DNA of 64,000 nt from an uncultured virus (IMG/VR IMGVR_UViG_3300043499_000172) (lineage: Duplodnaviria > Heunggongvirae > Uroviricota > Caudoviricetes): IMG/VR virus record IMGVR_UViG_3300043499_000172. One strand, written 5' to 3'. Below are positions 40,901 through 47,191 of the stretch, in pieces. Position numbers and translations under genes: made by a program. The notes beneath the pieces are model-generated. The model did not search any database and had not been told where the DNA came from. It saw only the letters and a list, made by a program, of their open reading frames with translations. Each line of letters starts with the position of its first letter. Position 1 is the stretch's first letter.

Positions 40901-40963
40901 ATACTGATCCAGAACGAGGCGCTGCGGCGTGTGCTGATGGCGGGACCGGAGCCAGTCAATTGA
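28928..40963 (+). CDS. Giant polyvalent internal virion/ejection protein (4011 aa): SleB-like hydrolase, M15 peptidase, JAB-like, glycosylase-like, two ART-PolyVal-like, ParB-like and PLxRFG domains
   Basis: EAAGEG..GMQAVA.VI.NR/GGADHYH; SQHAFGTAIDIN/DPMHFE; HHNHP...FSLADI; WY...VDLWFTR...IQAVLWFFEK; FKRWFGKSAVVD..GKP; NEGNNR; PYFPLGRFG. Confidence 0.92.
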   Translation: MERIVGTGFTFDPLPGAERRPAPAAAAVAAKPAQPPAARSAVVDTVIAEAAGEGAKGMQAVAGVIKNRAERRGLDPDAVVKQPKQFTGYEHPGSGAKAAQRDPRIRAEAEQIVDGVMTGALPDITGGADHYHADSIRPGWAGGLKKTTKIGSHEFYDSGGGGKPAGKQARTSDGRLTPNWGNAARLGNSSTAQWKKDNLTVIEPVKGQRWEVYKPAAAAFDGLIKDLAAQGYNVKSSGGYNYRPIRGSKKLSQHAFGTAIDINAADNPLGGGKTNLPANIRELAAKHGLVWGGDFKGRKDPMHFEYAGTVGDPGVDYGTTGAVTKGSGGITRIVVNQNTKLAPTNAPPLPGIPEFDPVASFQQAPMVDPVAAPGAAPVVGPNAAVADPYAQLNASRAAQGLPPVTVMPARQYERWKKKFDANQPGILSDVGNLLDIGWQGIATSIDSLINIVPGGEYVTAGTRKIDEWLTGKPTPELVAANIKEDEGQLSAATQAARKKNWYDDKTDTMGDAWTDPRAYMSTIVESIPATVLTMGPTGMIWKGAYAAAVARGMTVEAASALAAKTALKAGGISEGLLSAGSTADQVKQELAALPQSVWDASESYQAMIKQGVSPEEAKASIIDSQSAKAGIMAGVATGLVGGRGDMVLANIFTKGIKGGLARRMVKGAAKEGAAETLEETIQSGGEQVATNVGVQGVDPNRKLSEGVANAVLGGAVAGGAMGVGMGGPAGAFSRDETDAPPPAADDGSGAPPAGGLPPPAGGSPAGGPGGGPPTPEGAGLSAGANLPGRVKGPLERSLDHGESEAQRQVAQQAVSQGAPPPGAKVTVQIPGVEGPDGIVAGVVHSYDASGNPNIQFLDDGQIATVPLAQVMPEIGQGGDITLGPGEYSQNPPADVTATAGQGEAAPVPTDAGAAEQLTPQQQEMVDLLNYGKINRDDFDAMSDEDASKLLQSLAQQRAAEQAAQAGGAPLAEQPAGAKPGAATAAPAAPAITPEKAARKAALVRDVPSRSGQLKSTKFPDVFHGTIYDLGEARAAVAPKQRAEVNRDAQQQIADKLKISYDSAGAIVDDYFVRSREAADLGKIMHRVRPIVLMRMQAEHAKAQAKAKEAPQQAKAPAEAPAAAPATKPAAGAAVAPLSAKEVRERADKQGISFEQLRKQVGATELFYGQWTDEEKAMAAVILSGKPQAEGAPVISGKVDPKFPFFQRADRIITMMDIGGVMVPFYISTGQGGKKDVKAGKWYPFFGYGKDDGWFNKGNQAQINDYYGNPLLREAAEQLDKQWGDIQKRRNEAPPASDLSKFGDKMAKAFPGQLVIDTGPLFAHLPNADNDGHAAQKIGEFISKLPRAKTAPSPATASPPLAAGEAAAANPKAPVTPAAAAAAPTPDNTEDEEYSKLTPEQQKLDDISWGAYRIAEANDAIRRYESGEMEGPSGYGKGKKARDRGIEDARHEIAFQEKKIKAALATLPQERHAEILAKAHAQAAATRALDAKIIADRKAKATPDTEAEKRRKIDEGFAQNRAALGNFKKGDTVEFTHKDFYREPVDGSRDRVFVGTVVKVSDKEQGVFEVKGETGDQWFVQARHLRPHAAPASAKEKTPAGQSTSEEAKPEPKAKKPTKAERHWAEFLARVTAYYAPGNIVKSYGGTHDRVLAFDVDADGRWVVTVKHAVKVNGEWVDDPKDDRIRKHGGTPSEKDLAAGPVATAAPFDAADTALAKAMKPKEAEAAPAKQGRTIPRDTTLDTSNKLYKDLGIDSLQLGEQPGDAARAEVERRGKESGGIESLIAIDQHGDVIANGIGTDKNVVFPDQLSKIIRDPNEQVVAHHNHPNDRGFSLADIAIGRYKGMVALYAHATDGVSYRLSWRPAAKEKFGGHMRIDLTEVIEGSFRRVSTAIGDHRTAAGRLVADVNRENSHLRMMALRDAGWLDYHATGRPDSPLLLNSDIKAAYDTAVTSLKRKLPGRHADGPAGRAGAIRHPGDISQLHTVPEPAAAKPAAQRGAEASAAKPAAKSGRPSKVDPNQDTLLADEDRLPGTVPQPGPTRAQRGARIAWVDAMSRPLPVTPTGNRGRRATVADVARAFTARHADRVGPQLHPESDTADYRRIMTMAREEMAHQLPQSNSGVGWYSSDVQLAIELTSNVFPTLLTNQGHRDLYLTFAGIFSSGTDPDQAWMMAAGAFEAYLHTGEIPINRADAARALGRPVQMSTFKDNKTKQMVTRPAGWGIRNGTNVQQLGLLKYLVEREGGLDQAMDWLINENTARTDVNKAMIDSGLFKGGRYKNAAQRAGPPTYGFLVFGPKLGRYCLGLHGVPITHEDTTVDLWFTRTFRRWTGRLFEAPLGKEGIAAQPANDAERATIMNVVRDLGRELNMVPGDIQAVLWFFEKRLWGAHGLPTEEGTNSTGARRLLAGRGVDDGVTGSRTSDQRAAEASQTAAGRAQGRLRALVDEELDGLEADLEDLHPPTTPQFKRWFGKSAVVDGQGKPEAVFHHGGFDETTDIPKEGMHFGTRASAEDRAFLKVDEDAMRAVETYQNDDGEWHWDDGQGMTSEDMGEGPFADAEEALADGQNVVTQNSYEGDLEDLGNLTAAWLSIQNPMTSDDVGIGPDGPERWAKQIAKAKALGHDGIVYRNQREDRGSRSWIAFGPKQIKSVNNKGSFDPEKEHILEADTENLRPSGYQTDNPGGEWLKGKQRVAEKDIADGSHHGLYGSQTASAGMNEKGPPLYLPVSELAKLPGRNREQPAPGQVKYDDLKKSVDAKGYTDENPVYVMVNHRGQPFLNEGNNRVAVAAATGVKRVKAWVAWRNGGEDTKGPWDPASVARMEQSIADPDMLRSDDEEYFPPAYKATPQMKRWLKGTKVVDAKGEPLPVFRGEHGTPGPETFQSRLSSLSFGSVNAANVYAKIPNDHRDRTQTRWSRITPVFLRIKNPVIENRDDPYVDFSEIIAKLGRPLAERMAREHAGAIENTNNWEENFSFLGGGTVGGMLNIYPDKLGDLYMDAYALLDDPEFVAAAKAAGYDGAIHMGNGATFDDLEYRIFDAAQAKSTHNQAPTDDEDILGADTETLRETLEDIRGAVVNMVSTISKPKGWDLKKRIASLWSGATPAMLGAVYLNYLPDLAPPSIKRFITKYLEMKRAMDTMRNVIHNEADVNVQAWRKFARSGQAHVKALALLMHDATKVGVDPDDLNDMQEPDYAALKARFDALPQSGRDLYRAIRDDYKRRGEELDQLLLDNVAKAEEISRRTAERKRQKKEDAINADTRLSDAEKLAQIAALNASHAAADARSSYSLAYRLNRLRTIFESNKVKAPYFPLGRFGDHYVAIRDENGKLVYFAMAESKYEAEKEKRRAMQHMQPTDTIKTGLMQSKAGGGGRDEVIKPSFIADIETMLAGMPDADSPANRIVRDSIMDQIWQRHLQSQPEVSNRRHKIHRKRIEGHSDDAMRVYASHMFHAAHQMAKLKYGAELQDLVDQMSDTATEAPEAEQHFATQMATEMKARHNWVMNPVGKAWSQWASSLAFGYYLGTSPAAAVVNLAQTPMVGIPVLAGKFGGMGKAASQIARASRNAVSNRGMSATEERAMRDLVDVGAIDNTNSYDIQGVSEQGATYSPVRRRVMGWMTGMFHKAEVINRRVTGLAAYRMAIEAGEDHEHAVRTASDMIWKIHFDFANSSRPRHLTGPGMKVLFSMRSYQINMVYRLGYDLFKSMKGATPQEKREARYQLAGIIGMQALFAGATGVAGYNTAFFIYGLASTILSAIFGGADDGDDPFTAQEDFEAAIKEMFGPYLSAVLLHGPVGAGTGLDLTSRIGMPDIWFRSPNKDIDSGEALYGELLAQTAGAPFGIIQQVLKAYDNFSQGYTERGAEALSPKFFRDILKSYRYMTEGVTTKEGEPIIPYDDTGWWSVIATATGFTPAHIAEKWDEVSKLKGAEKRLKVNRQAYINGYALAVKLGDDAGRDAAIEKIRAWNASPYGRTMPIKSSSIASSLKHRAVAAGKRERGDGILIQNEALRRVLMAGPEPVN
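34809..34973 (+). CDS. Nested +1-frame small protein (54 aa) inside the giant gene
   Basis: AGGA SD at 34801; GC3-rich codons in this frame while host-frame codons turn A/T-ending; MPMGLLDEPEPFDTPATFRSFIQFL. Confidence 0.65.
   Translation: MPMGLLDEPEPFDTPATFRSFIQFLNQQPPSRQRNVALKRAQLNLRQNLGGHPK
36156..36275 (+). CDS. Nested +1-frame small protein (39 aa) inside the giant gene
   Basis: GGAAGAGG SD before ATG; MTESRAAGRAINVLRKQARQRQEEHK; host frame is a low-complexity linker here. Confidence 0.45.
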   Translation: MTESRAAGRAINVLRKQARQRQEEHKAASAPSSTKNSTD

Positions 40964-41208
40964 TGGATCACGACAGCATCGCGCTCGACACCGCCCGCAA
41001 GATCGAGGATCTGTTCGCGCAGCATCACCCCGGCGGCCGCGGCCAGCGGCTGGCCAAGATCCAGGTGCTGGTGCGCGAAGCCATCGCAACAGGAGGGAGC
41101 TATGCCACCAGTCAGTCAAGCGCAGAGGCGCGCGATGTTCGCAGCCGCGAAGGGCAAGTCGACAATTGGCATTCCAAAGAAGGTGGGCCGGGAGTTCGCG
41201 GCTTCTGA
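40963..41208 (+). CDS. Hypothetical protein
   Basis: TGATG overlap with giant gene stop; 3' half overlaps the next gene. Confidence 0.45.
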   Translation: MDHDSIALDTARKIEDLFAQHHPGGRGQRLAKIQVLVREAIATGGSYATSQSSAEARDVRSREGQVDNWHSKEGGPGVRGF

Positions 41209-41260
41209 CAAGGGCGGCAAGCTGCCCGCCAAGGCACCAAAGAAGGGCAAGAAGCGGTGA
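41102..41260 (+). CDS. Small basic phage protein (52 aa)
   Basis: [36 protein letters not shown] pattern common in phages; not in ORF track. Confidence 0.75.
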   Translation: MPPVSQAQRRAMFAAAKGKSTIGIPKKVGREFAASDKGGKLPAKAPKKGKKR

Positions 41261-41859
41261 TCGATCGCAAAAGCTACTTCGACTACGTCCGCGACCGCCT
41301 CTTCTCGGGCGCCCTGTCGCAGCAGCAGGTCGACGGCCAGAACGTCATCCTCGGCGTCTGGGAGGCCGACGCCGGCGGCACGCCGATGACCGACCTGCGC
41401 TGGTTAGCGTACATGCTGGCGACGGCCTTCCACGAGACCGGCACGGCCATGTGGCCGAACGTCGAGGCCGGCGGGCAGGCCTACCTCGAAGGCAAGGCCT
41501 ACTACCCCTTCTACGGCCGCGGCCTGGTCCACCTGACGTGGGACTTCAACTATGAGAAGGCGTCGACTGCGCTCGGCCTGATCGACAACCGCAACCTGCT
41601 CGCCCACCCGGACGTCGCGCTGGATTCGCTGATCGCCGCCCGCATCATGTTCCGCGGTATGGCCGAGGGCTGGTTCACCGGCGCCAAGCTGGGGCAGTTC
41701 TTCAACGCCGAGGAGGACAACCCGATCGACGCCCGCACCATCATCAATGGCCACGACTGCGACGAGCTGATCGCCGGCTACCACGAGATCTTCTTCGACG
41801 CCCTCATCGGCGCCGACGAGGCAGGCATCTTGTCCTATTTCGAGGGAGCGCCGGTATGA
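41257..41859 (+). CDS. Endolysin, glycoside hydrolase family 19-like
   Basis: [38 protein letters not shown]. Confidence 0.88.
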   Translation: MIDRKSYFDYVRDRLFSGALSQQQVDGQNVILGVWEADAGGTPMTDLRWLAYMLATAFHETGTAMWPNVEAGGQAYLEGKAYYPFYGRGLVHLTWDFNYEKASTALGLIDNRNLLAHPDVALDSLIAARIMFRGMAEGWFTGAKLGQFFNAEEDNPIDARTIINGHDCDELIAGYHEIFFDALIGADEAGILSYFEGAPV

Positions 41860-42005
41860 GCAAGCTGCCACCCGACTACGATCCCCGCCGCCTGCCGCCA
41901 TCGCCGATCGATCGCCACCCGAGCGTGTTCGCGGCGATCGTCATTGTCACCCTCTCCGCGATCTTCGTGGCGTTCTTCCTCTGGGTGCTGTTCGCGCGGT
42001 GATGC

Positions 42006-42273
42006 GATGGCGACGCTGCGCTCATGGATCGAAGACAACCAGACGCTGATCCTGGTACTGGTCGCGCAGGCGATCGCGCTAGTCGCCTACATGGTGCAGC
42101 TCGACGGCCGCGTCGCGACGCTGGAGACCCGCGGCTCGCCGCACCTTGAGCAGGTCGACAAGCGGCTGACCGTGCTCGAGAGCGCGACCACCGCCAACAA
42201 GCAATCGATCGACCGCGTGGTCGAGATCATGACGCGGGAGCTGAAAATACTGCCGGAAGGAACGAAACCATGA
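42006..42273 (+). CDS. Membrane-anchored coiled-coil lysis-module protein
   Basis: One N-terminal TM segment then heptad repeats; after endolysin. Confidence 0.6.
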
Positions 42274-42479
42274 TCGAGACCGTCATTACGCTGCTGATCT
42301 ACATCTGCGTCATCGCGCTGGTGTTCTACCTGGTGGTCTGGGTGCTGACCAACGTCATCGGCGTGCCGATCCCCGCCAAGGTGATCCAGATCATCTGGGT
42401 GATCTTCGCGCTGATCGTCATCCTACTATTGTGGCGGGCGCTGGCGGCGGGCGGGCTGAGCCTGCCCAGCCTGAGATGA
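42270..42479 (+). CDS. Holin-like two-TM protein
   Basis: Two long hydrophobic helices separated by GVPIP; end of lysis cassette. Confidence 0.65.
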   Translation: MIETVITLLIYICVIALVFYLVVWVLTNVIGVPIPAKVIQIIWVIFALIVILLLWRALAAGGLSLPSLR

Positions 42480-42481
42480 GA

Positions 42482-42520
42482 AACGGCAGGGGCTAGGGGA
42501 CCCTGCCGTTCTTGGGTTTC
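42482..42520 (+). terminator. Probable intrinsic terminator ending the late operon
   Basis: AACGGCAGGG/CCCTGCCGTT 10-bp stem followed by T-rich tail. Confidence 0.65.
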
Positions 42521-42722
42521 TCATGAAAAATCTTGGGTAAGCACTTTCCTAGCCTCGCCACCTTGACCCTATAAGCACCCCGGAAAAACCGAAAACCGGG
42601 CGGAGGCGGGGAGGTGGCTTTCCGTTGTTGGGCTGGCCGCTCGCCCTCACTATCGGCCTCCAGCACGAAACCTTTACGTTCGACGGCCGATAGTAGCCGC
42701 CGAACGGATGATGGTCCAGCGA

Positions 42723-43472
42723 TCAGGCGGCTGCGGCCGCCCGGCGGGCCTTATGCTTCTTGAGCAGGAACAGCCCTCCAACAGCCGTGCCGAACAACGG
42801 CAGCGCTGCCGGCAGCGGCACCGGAGCCACAGTCGCGTTTGCCTTCAGGAAGAACGAATCAGGTCCGTCGTTGGCGCCCGAGATGCGCGAGTAGAACAGC
42901 AGGTTGTCGCCGGGGTTGATGCCGGCCAGCGTCAGGCCGGTGATCAGGTAATCTGCGTAGCCGGTGCCGTTGTGGATCGACGGCAGCAGCGTTCCGCCCG
43001 GCCCCGGCGAGTACGCCGCCAGCACGGTCTTGGTGGTGAGGTTCAGGAAGAAGAAGCTCTCCAGCGTCTGCGCCACGTGGGTATCGTTCATGTCGACGCC
43101 AATCGAGAACGTCAGCAGCGGATCGCTCGCGGCCAGCAGGAAGTTGATCAAGAAACCTGCGCTGTACGGCGTGCCGATGGTGTCGCTGGCCAGCGTGTCC
43201 TTGAAGATGCCGGACGAGAAGAACTGCAGGTCCGTCTGGTTGCCGGTGTTGCCGAAATCGTTGTAGCCAAAATTCGCCGGCTGGTTGGGCTGGTTGCCGC
43301 CGCAGATGATGCACGGCGAATCCTTTGGCTGGTTGGCGGTGGGGTTGGGCGTCGCCACAAGCCCCAGGACAGTCCCGCCATCCGTCCAGTTCAGCCCGCC
43401 GAGCGTGACGGCGTTGGCAGTGCCCATGCCCAGCAGCAGAAGCAGGGCTGCTACCCCCATTACGTACTTCAT
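42723..43472 (-). CDS. Secreted protein with VPLPA-CTERM (PEP-CTERM-like) sorting signal
   Basis: Signal peptide MKYVMGVAALLLLLGMGTANA; C-terminal VPLPAALPLFGTAVGGLFLL plus basic KKHKARR. Confidence 0.9.
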   Translation of the reverse strand: MKYVMGVAALLLLLGMGTANAVTLGGLNWTDGGTVLGLVATPNPTANQPKDSPCIICGGNQPNQPANFGYNDFGNTGNQTDLQFFSSGIFKDTLASDTIGTPYSAGFLINFLLAASDPLLTFSIGVDMNDTHVAQTLESFFFLNLTTKTVLAAYSPGPGGTLLPSIHNGTGYADYLITGLTLAGINPGDNLLFYSRISGANDGPDSFFLKANATVAPVPLPAALPLFGTAVGGLFLLKKHKARRAAAAA

Positions 43473-43533
43473 TTTATTACCCCTTTCCTGGTTGTTGGAA
43501 CGGCCCACGACGGCGCCGTGGGCCGCATGCACG

Positions 43534-44124
43534 TTATGCGGACGCTGCCTCGCCACGGCGGGCGCGGCCCTTCTTGTGCTTGAGCAGGAACAGGCCGCCC
43601 AAGGCGGTGCCGAACAACGGCAGCGCTGCCGGGATCGGCACGGCCGAGACCGTCACGGCGAGGTTGCCGCCGTAGCCTGCCGTCACGCCGGCGTCGCCGG
43701 TGAACTGCGCATAGTAGCTGCCGGCGTCGAGCACCGCCGTGCCGAACAGCGACTGCAGGATGCCGCCGGCGCCGAGCGTGGCGGCGACCGGCGAGATCAC
43801 GGCGATGTCATCGGCACCGCCGATGGCGCCGACGATCTTATAGACCGCGCCGGTGAAGTCCTTGATGTAGTCGGGCGAGCCGACGCCGGCGGGGAACACG
43901 TTCAGCACCGAGGCGATGGTGACGAACTTGGGTCCGCCGACCAGATCGAACGTCCAGTCCTGGCTGAACAGCCCGGTCGGCAGCTGCGTGGCGGCGCTGT
44001 CGTTGGTGCTGAAAGCGCCCTGCGCGCTGGTCGGATTGATGCCGAGGCTGCCGACCACGGCAGCGTGGGCGGGTGCGGCGAAGAGGGACAGCGCGATGGC
44101 GGCCCCGAGAAGATACTTGTTCAT
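43534..44124 (-). CDS. Secreted protein with VPIPA-CTERM sorting signal (FxDxF-like PEP-CTERM family)
   Basis: Signal peptide ending APAHA; FSQDWTF; YGGNL; VPIPAALPLFGTALGGLFLL plus KHKKGR. Confidence 0.9.
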   Translation of the reverse strand: MNKYLLGAAIALSLFAAPAHAAVVGSLGINPTSAQGAFSTNDSAATQLPTGLFSQDWTFDLVGGPKFVTIASVLNVFPAGVGSPDYIKDFTGAVYKIVGAIGGADDIAVISPVAATLGAGGILQSLFGTAVLDAGSYYAQFTGDAGVTAGYGGNLAVTVSAVPIPAALPLFGTALGGLFLLKHKKGRARRGEAASA

Positions 44125-44454
44125 GCTGATATTCCCCAGTTGTCCAGGTCGCACACGAAGCCAGCGACCCATTGGCTATACCATTACGCCCGCCACAGAA
44201 CGATGGCTATGAGCGTCACGAGAACGACTGCATATAGCTCCCAGTACGACATAACGCTCATCTATGCCACAACCATCTAGCGGCCGATAGCACTATGAGT
44301 AGGCCGGCGAACACCGCGACGTCGGCTTGCACGACGGCGCGCTGCGATTCGCCGTGCGCCGGCTGCTCGCAATCCGCGTAGCCGCACTCCTCGCGCCACA
44401 AGCAGACGTTGTATTCGCACTTGCCACACACCTCGGTTGGCCGCCGCCACAGGA

Positions 44455-44943
44455 TCATTTCACCAGCGCCTCGCCGATGCGCGCGGCTTCCTTGGCGAGC
44501 AGCCGCTCGACCTGCGCCGTCAGCTCGTCGCGCTGCGCCTTCAGCTCGTCGGCGCGGGCCTTCAGATCATCAGCTTGACGGGCATTTTCGACCGACCTGA
44601 TTTTCTGGGCTTCAAACAAGCCTCTCAACCGCTCGACCTCTGCCTTGGCCGCATCAAGTTCGGATCGCCGTGCAAAGCCCCGCACACCGATGTCGGTGGT
44701 CCAATCGGAGAGCGTCTGTCTGGCCTCGTCTCGCTCTTTGGTCAGCCGCTCGATCTCAGCTCCCATTTCGTTGTACTGTTTCATGGCTTGGCTGACCTTG
44801 TGCTCCAGACCGATGGCGTGGGCCTTCCAGCGTTCGAGTTCGTCAAGCAGCGCCGTCAGTCCGTCGGTCGAAACATACAGGCCGGTGCGGTGCTTGTGCT
44901 TCTCGACGTGGGCGCGCAGGCGTTCGATCGGATCGTCGGTCAT
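44455..44943 (-). CDS. Coiled-coil phage hypothetical protein
   Basis: AEIERL/AEVERL/AQVERL repeats. Confidence 0.65.
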   Translation of the reverse strand: MTDDPIERLRAHVEKHKHRTGLYVSTDGLTALLDELERWKAHAIGLEHKVSQAMKQYNEMGAEIERLTKERDEARQTLSDWTTDIGVRGFARRSELDAAKAEVERLRGLFEAQKIRSVENARQADDLKARADELKAQRDELTAQVERLLAKEAARIGEALVK

Positions 44944-45134
44944 TTGAGGATGCTCCTCCAGTCGCTGGTCAGCAGCTCGGCCAGGGCAGCGTCGACGACC
45001 GTGGTAGCCAGCGTTTCGGAGGCGTCTTCCGGCCCGCTGTGGTCTGGGTCATCCATTTCGTTGCGGATGGCGAAGGCGAACAACACGGCGAGAGCCTCGA
45101 TCGCCTTACCCCGCAGTTTTTCCGACTGGCTCAT
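44940..45134 (-). CDS. Hypothetical protein
   Basis: Coupled ORF MSQSEKL... Confidence 0.5.
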   Translation of the reverse strand: MSQSEKLRGKAIEALAVLFAFAIRNEMDDPDHSGPEDASETLATTVVDAALAELLTSDWRSILK

Positions 45135-45286
45135 GTCGGCAGCCTCGCGGCGAGGCGATTGGCAATCTCGTCGAGCTGCTCGGCCATGCGGGTGAACTGG
45201 TCGGCGACCAGCCGATCCCGTAGGCAGCCCGCCAACGTGCGGCACTCCTCGGCGAGCTTCCACAGCTCCTCGATCTCATCAATCAT
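45131..45286 (-). CDS. Hypothetical protein (51 aa)
   Basis: GGAGG SD; MIDEIEELWKLAEECRTLA...; not in ORF track. Confidence 0.55.
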   Translation of the reverse strand: MIDEIEELWKLAEECRTLAGCLRDRLVADQFTRMAEQLDEIANRLAARLPT

Positions 45287-45503
45287 CGGAGACCTCCGAC
45301 AGGTCGATCGCCTGCGAGGGATGCGGCTCCTCGCCCATGAAGCGCAGCCCGGCCAGCGTGACGCGCTTGCGGTCGCCGTCAGCCGGCCTGCCGCTCAGCG
45401 CGACGGCGTCGCGCGCCTTCTCGATGCGTGTCGCGCGCGCCGTCTCGGCGGCGCGCTGCTGGCGCATCATGTACATCTTGTTCAGCTTGTTGCTCACGAT
45501 CAT
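45279..45503 (-). CDS. Hypothetical protein
   Basis: GGAGGAG SD; MIVSNKL... Confidence 0.5.
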   Translation of the reverse strand: MIVSNKLNKMYMMRQQRAAETARATRIEKARDAVALSGRPADGDRKRVTLAGLRFMGEEPHPSQAIDLSEVSDD

Positions 45504-45715
45504 TTGCTCCTCCCGCGCCGCAGCATCATGCCGCCGCCCGCTCCCGTGCCGCTGTCGATGCGCAGGCCCTCGCTGCGCAGCTCCTGGACGTATCGGTAGA
45601 CCGATCGGTAGGAGACGCCGACGATGTTGCCGAGCCGCTCTGCGGTGTCGCTGCGGGTCTCGAGCAAGGCGAGCAGCGCCGCCTTGCGTTTTGCCTTTTC
45701 CTGCGTCGTCGTCAC
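45500..45715 (-). CDS. Winged HTH (HTH_11-like) DNA-binding protein
   Basis: TAERLG..VGVSYRSVYRYVQELR.EGL.I.S..G.GGG. Confidence 0.8.
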   Translation of the reverse strand: MTTTQEKAKRKAALLALLETRSDTAERLGNIVGVSYRSVYRYVQELRSEGLRIDSGTGAGGGMMLRRGRSK

Positions 45716-46143
45716 GCCGGCCTCCGCCGCAGCAGCGAGGACAGCTCGTCGACCTTGGCGTGGTAGGCCTCGGTCGCGGCGTGGATCTCATCGTCGCGCT
45801 TGCGGGTCAGGTCGGCGGTCACGTCGGACAGCTGCCGCGTGAAGCGGACGTTGGCCTCGGTGATGCGCATCTCAGCCTGGATCTGCGCCTCGACGCCCTC
45901 CTTGCGCAGCCGCGCCTGCAGCTCGCGCTCGATCGATTCCAGCTTGGTCATCTGCTCGACCAGCGTCGGCGGGCGGCTCTTCACCGGCTCGACGCGCGGC
46001 AGCGTCGACGGCGTCGGCCGCCGCTCCAGTATCTCGCGTAGGCTGGCTGCCTCGGCAGGGCTGTTGATATTGCCCTCGTCGACACCACTGGCCTGATCAA
46101 CCGCGGCCAGCGCGGATTCGACTGCTTTTTCCAGATCGATCAT
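45712..46143 (-). CDS. Coiled-coil hypothetical protein
   Basis: MIDLEKAVES..., ATGA overlap with the methyltransferase stop. Confidence 0.6.
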   Translation of the reverse strand: MIDLEKAVESALAAVDQASGVDEGNINSPAEAASLREILERRPTPSTLPRVEPVKSRPPTLVEQMTKLESIERELQARLRKEGVEAQIQAEMRITEANVRFTRQLSDVTADLTRKRDDEIHAATEAYHAKVDELSSLLRRRPA

Positions 46144-46691
46144 GTCTTGGCTTTCTTTTGGATGATGCGTTTGCCGTGAAACACCGTCTGCGCGGGGTAA
46201 GGCGCCATGCGGAACCAGGCGGCGTCGTCCTTGCCGGTCATCGTCGTGCCGGGGATCCACTTGACGCGGCCGATCGTCACGATCTGCGCGCAGTAGGCCA
46301 TGTACGGCGCCGCCTGCCCGGTGAACATCCAGTTGGCGTCGATCAGCAGCCACGCCATGATGCCGATCTCGCGGAAGTGCTCGATGATCGGCAGCATGTC
46401 CGGGCGGCTCCACGGCGGATTGGTGATGACCATGTCGACGCCCTCGAACTCGCTCTTGGCCAACGTGCCGGCGGCCTGCGTCCAGATGCCCTTGGCGCGC
46501 GGCTTGATGTCGCTGGCGAGGCGGCAGACATGGCCGTGCTTTTCGAGGTGCTTGATCAGCTTGCCGGCGCCGGCGCACGGCTCGGCGAACAGCGTGTGGT
46601 CTGGCAGGTATGGAAGCAGTGGTAGCACCGCGCTCTCCGGTGTGTCATAGACGTCGCCTTGCCGGCGTGGGAAATATGATCGCTTGCCCAT
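46140..46691 (-). CDS. Orphan amino-DNA methyltransferase
   Basis: D.Y.TP, EPCAGAG (motif I), ITNPPW (motif IV). Confidence 0.85.
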   Translation of the reverse strand: MGKRSYFPRRQGDVYDTPESAVLPLLPYLPDHTLFAEPCAGAGKLIKHLEKHGHVCRLASDIKPRAKGIWTQAAGTLAKSEFEGVDMVITNPPWSRPDMLPIIEHFREIGIMAWLLIDANWMFTGQAAPYMAYCAQIVTIGRVKWIPGTTMTGKDDAAWFRMAPYPAQTVFHGKRIIQKKAKT

Positions 46692-46711
46692 AGGGTTCTC
46701 CGTTGTGTATG

Positions 46712-46759
46712 GTGGTTCTAGGAGCACTGCATGACAGCCCGCTGTCAAGCCCCTATATG
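46712..46759. promoter_or_regulatory. Divergent promoter region with two palindromic operator candidates
   Basis: GTGGTTCTAGGAGCAC 46712-46727; TGACAGC-CC-GCTGTCA 46732-46747; ATGACA-17-TATATG on + strand. Confidence 0.6.
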
Positions 46760-46801
46760 CGAGCAGGACCACAGGTCCACGTAAACCAAGAGGAAAGCAT
46801 T

Positions 46802-47191
46802 ATGGATCTCAAGACCTGGATGGAAGCCAACGGCGTCACCGACCAGAAGATCGCCGAGGACGTCGGCGTCAGCCGCGGCTACATCAACAAGATCAAGCGC
46901 GGCTGGGCCAACCTGACCCTGTCGACGGCGCTGCGCATCCGCAGCTTCTCCAAGGGCGCTGTCGACCTGGAGCAGCTGCTGCCCAAGGCCGAGCGGCCAC
47001 CGACGGCGATGGCTGCAAAGCCGACCACCTCGGCGACCAAGAAGCCGGTCAAGCTGCCGATCGCCAAGCCGGTGGCCAAGCCGGTCAAGCAGCCCGTTGC
47101 GGCGGCAAAACCCGCCCAGCAGAAGACTGCGCCAAATACTGCTCGAAAGCCTGCTGTTGCGAGAGTTTCGAAATCACCCGCAATCGCTTGA
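46802..47191 (+). CDS. XRE/Cro-family HTH regulator with Lys/Pro/Ala-rich tail
   Basis: TDQKIAEDVGVSRGYINKIKRG...L.TALRI...SKGAV; AKPV repeats. Confidence 0.8.
   Translation: MDLKTWMEANGVTDQKIAEDVGVSRGYINKIKRGWANLTLSTALRIRSFSKGAVDLEQLLPKAERPPTAMAAKPTTSATKKPVKLPIAKPVAKPVKQPVAAAKPAQQKTAPNTARKPAVARVSKSPAIA

Noticed and set aside
36293..41119. Very long minus-strand ORFs (also 4855-8094, 9315-11477, 32336-34708)
   Set aside because: Antisense shadows of GC3-rich genes; no motifs, and the + strand genes are clearly real
42684..44290. CGGCCGATAG 10-mer flanking the two CTERM genes as a target-site duplication
   Set aside because: Short GC-rich match that could be chance; no transposase or recombinase nearby
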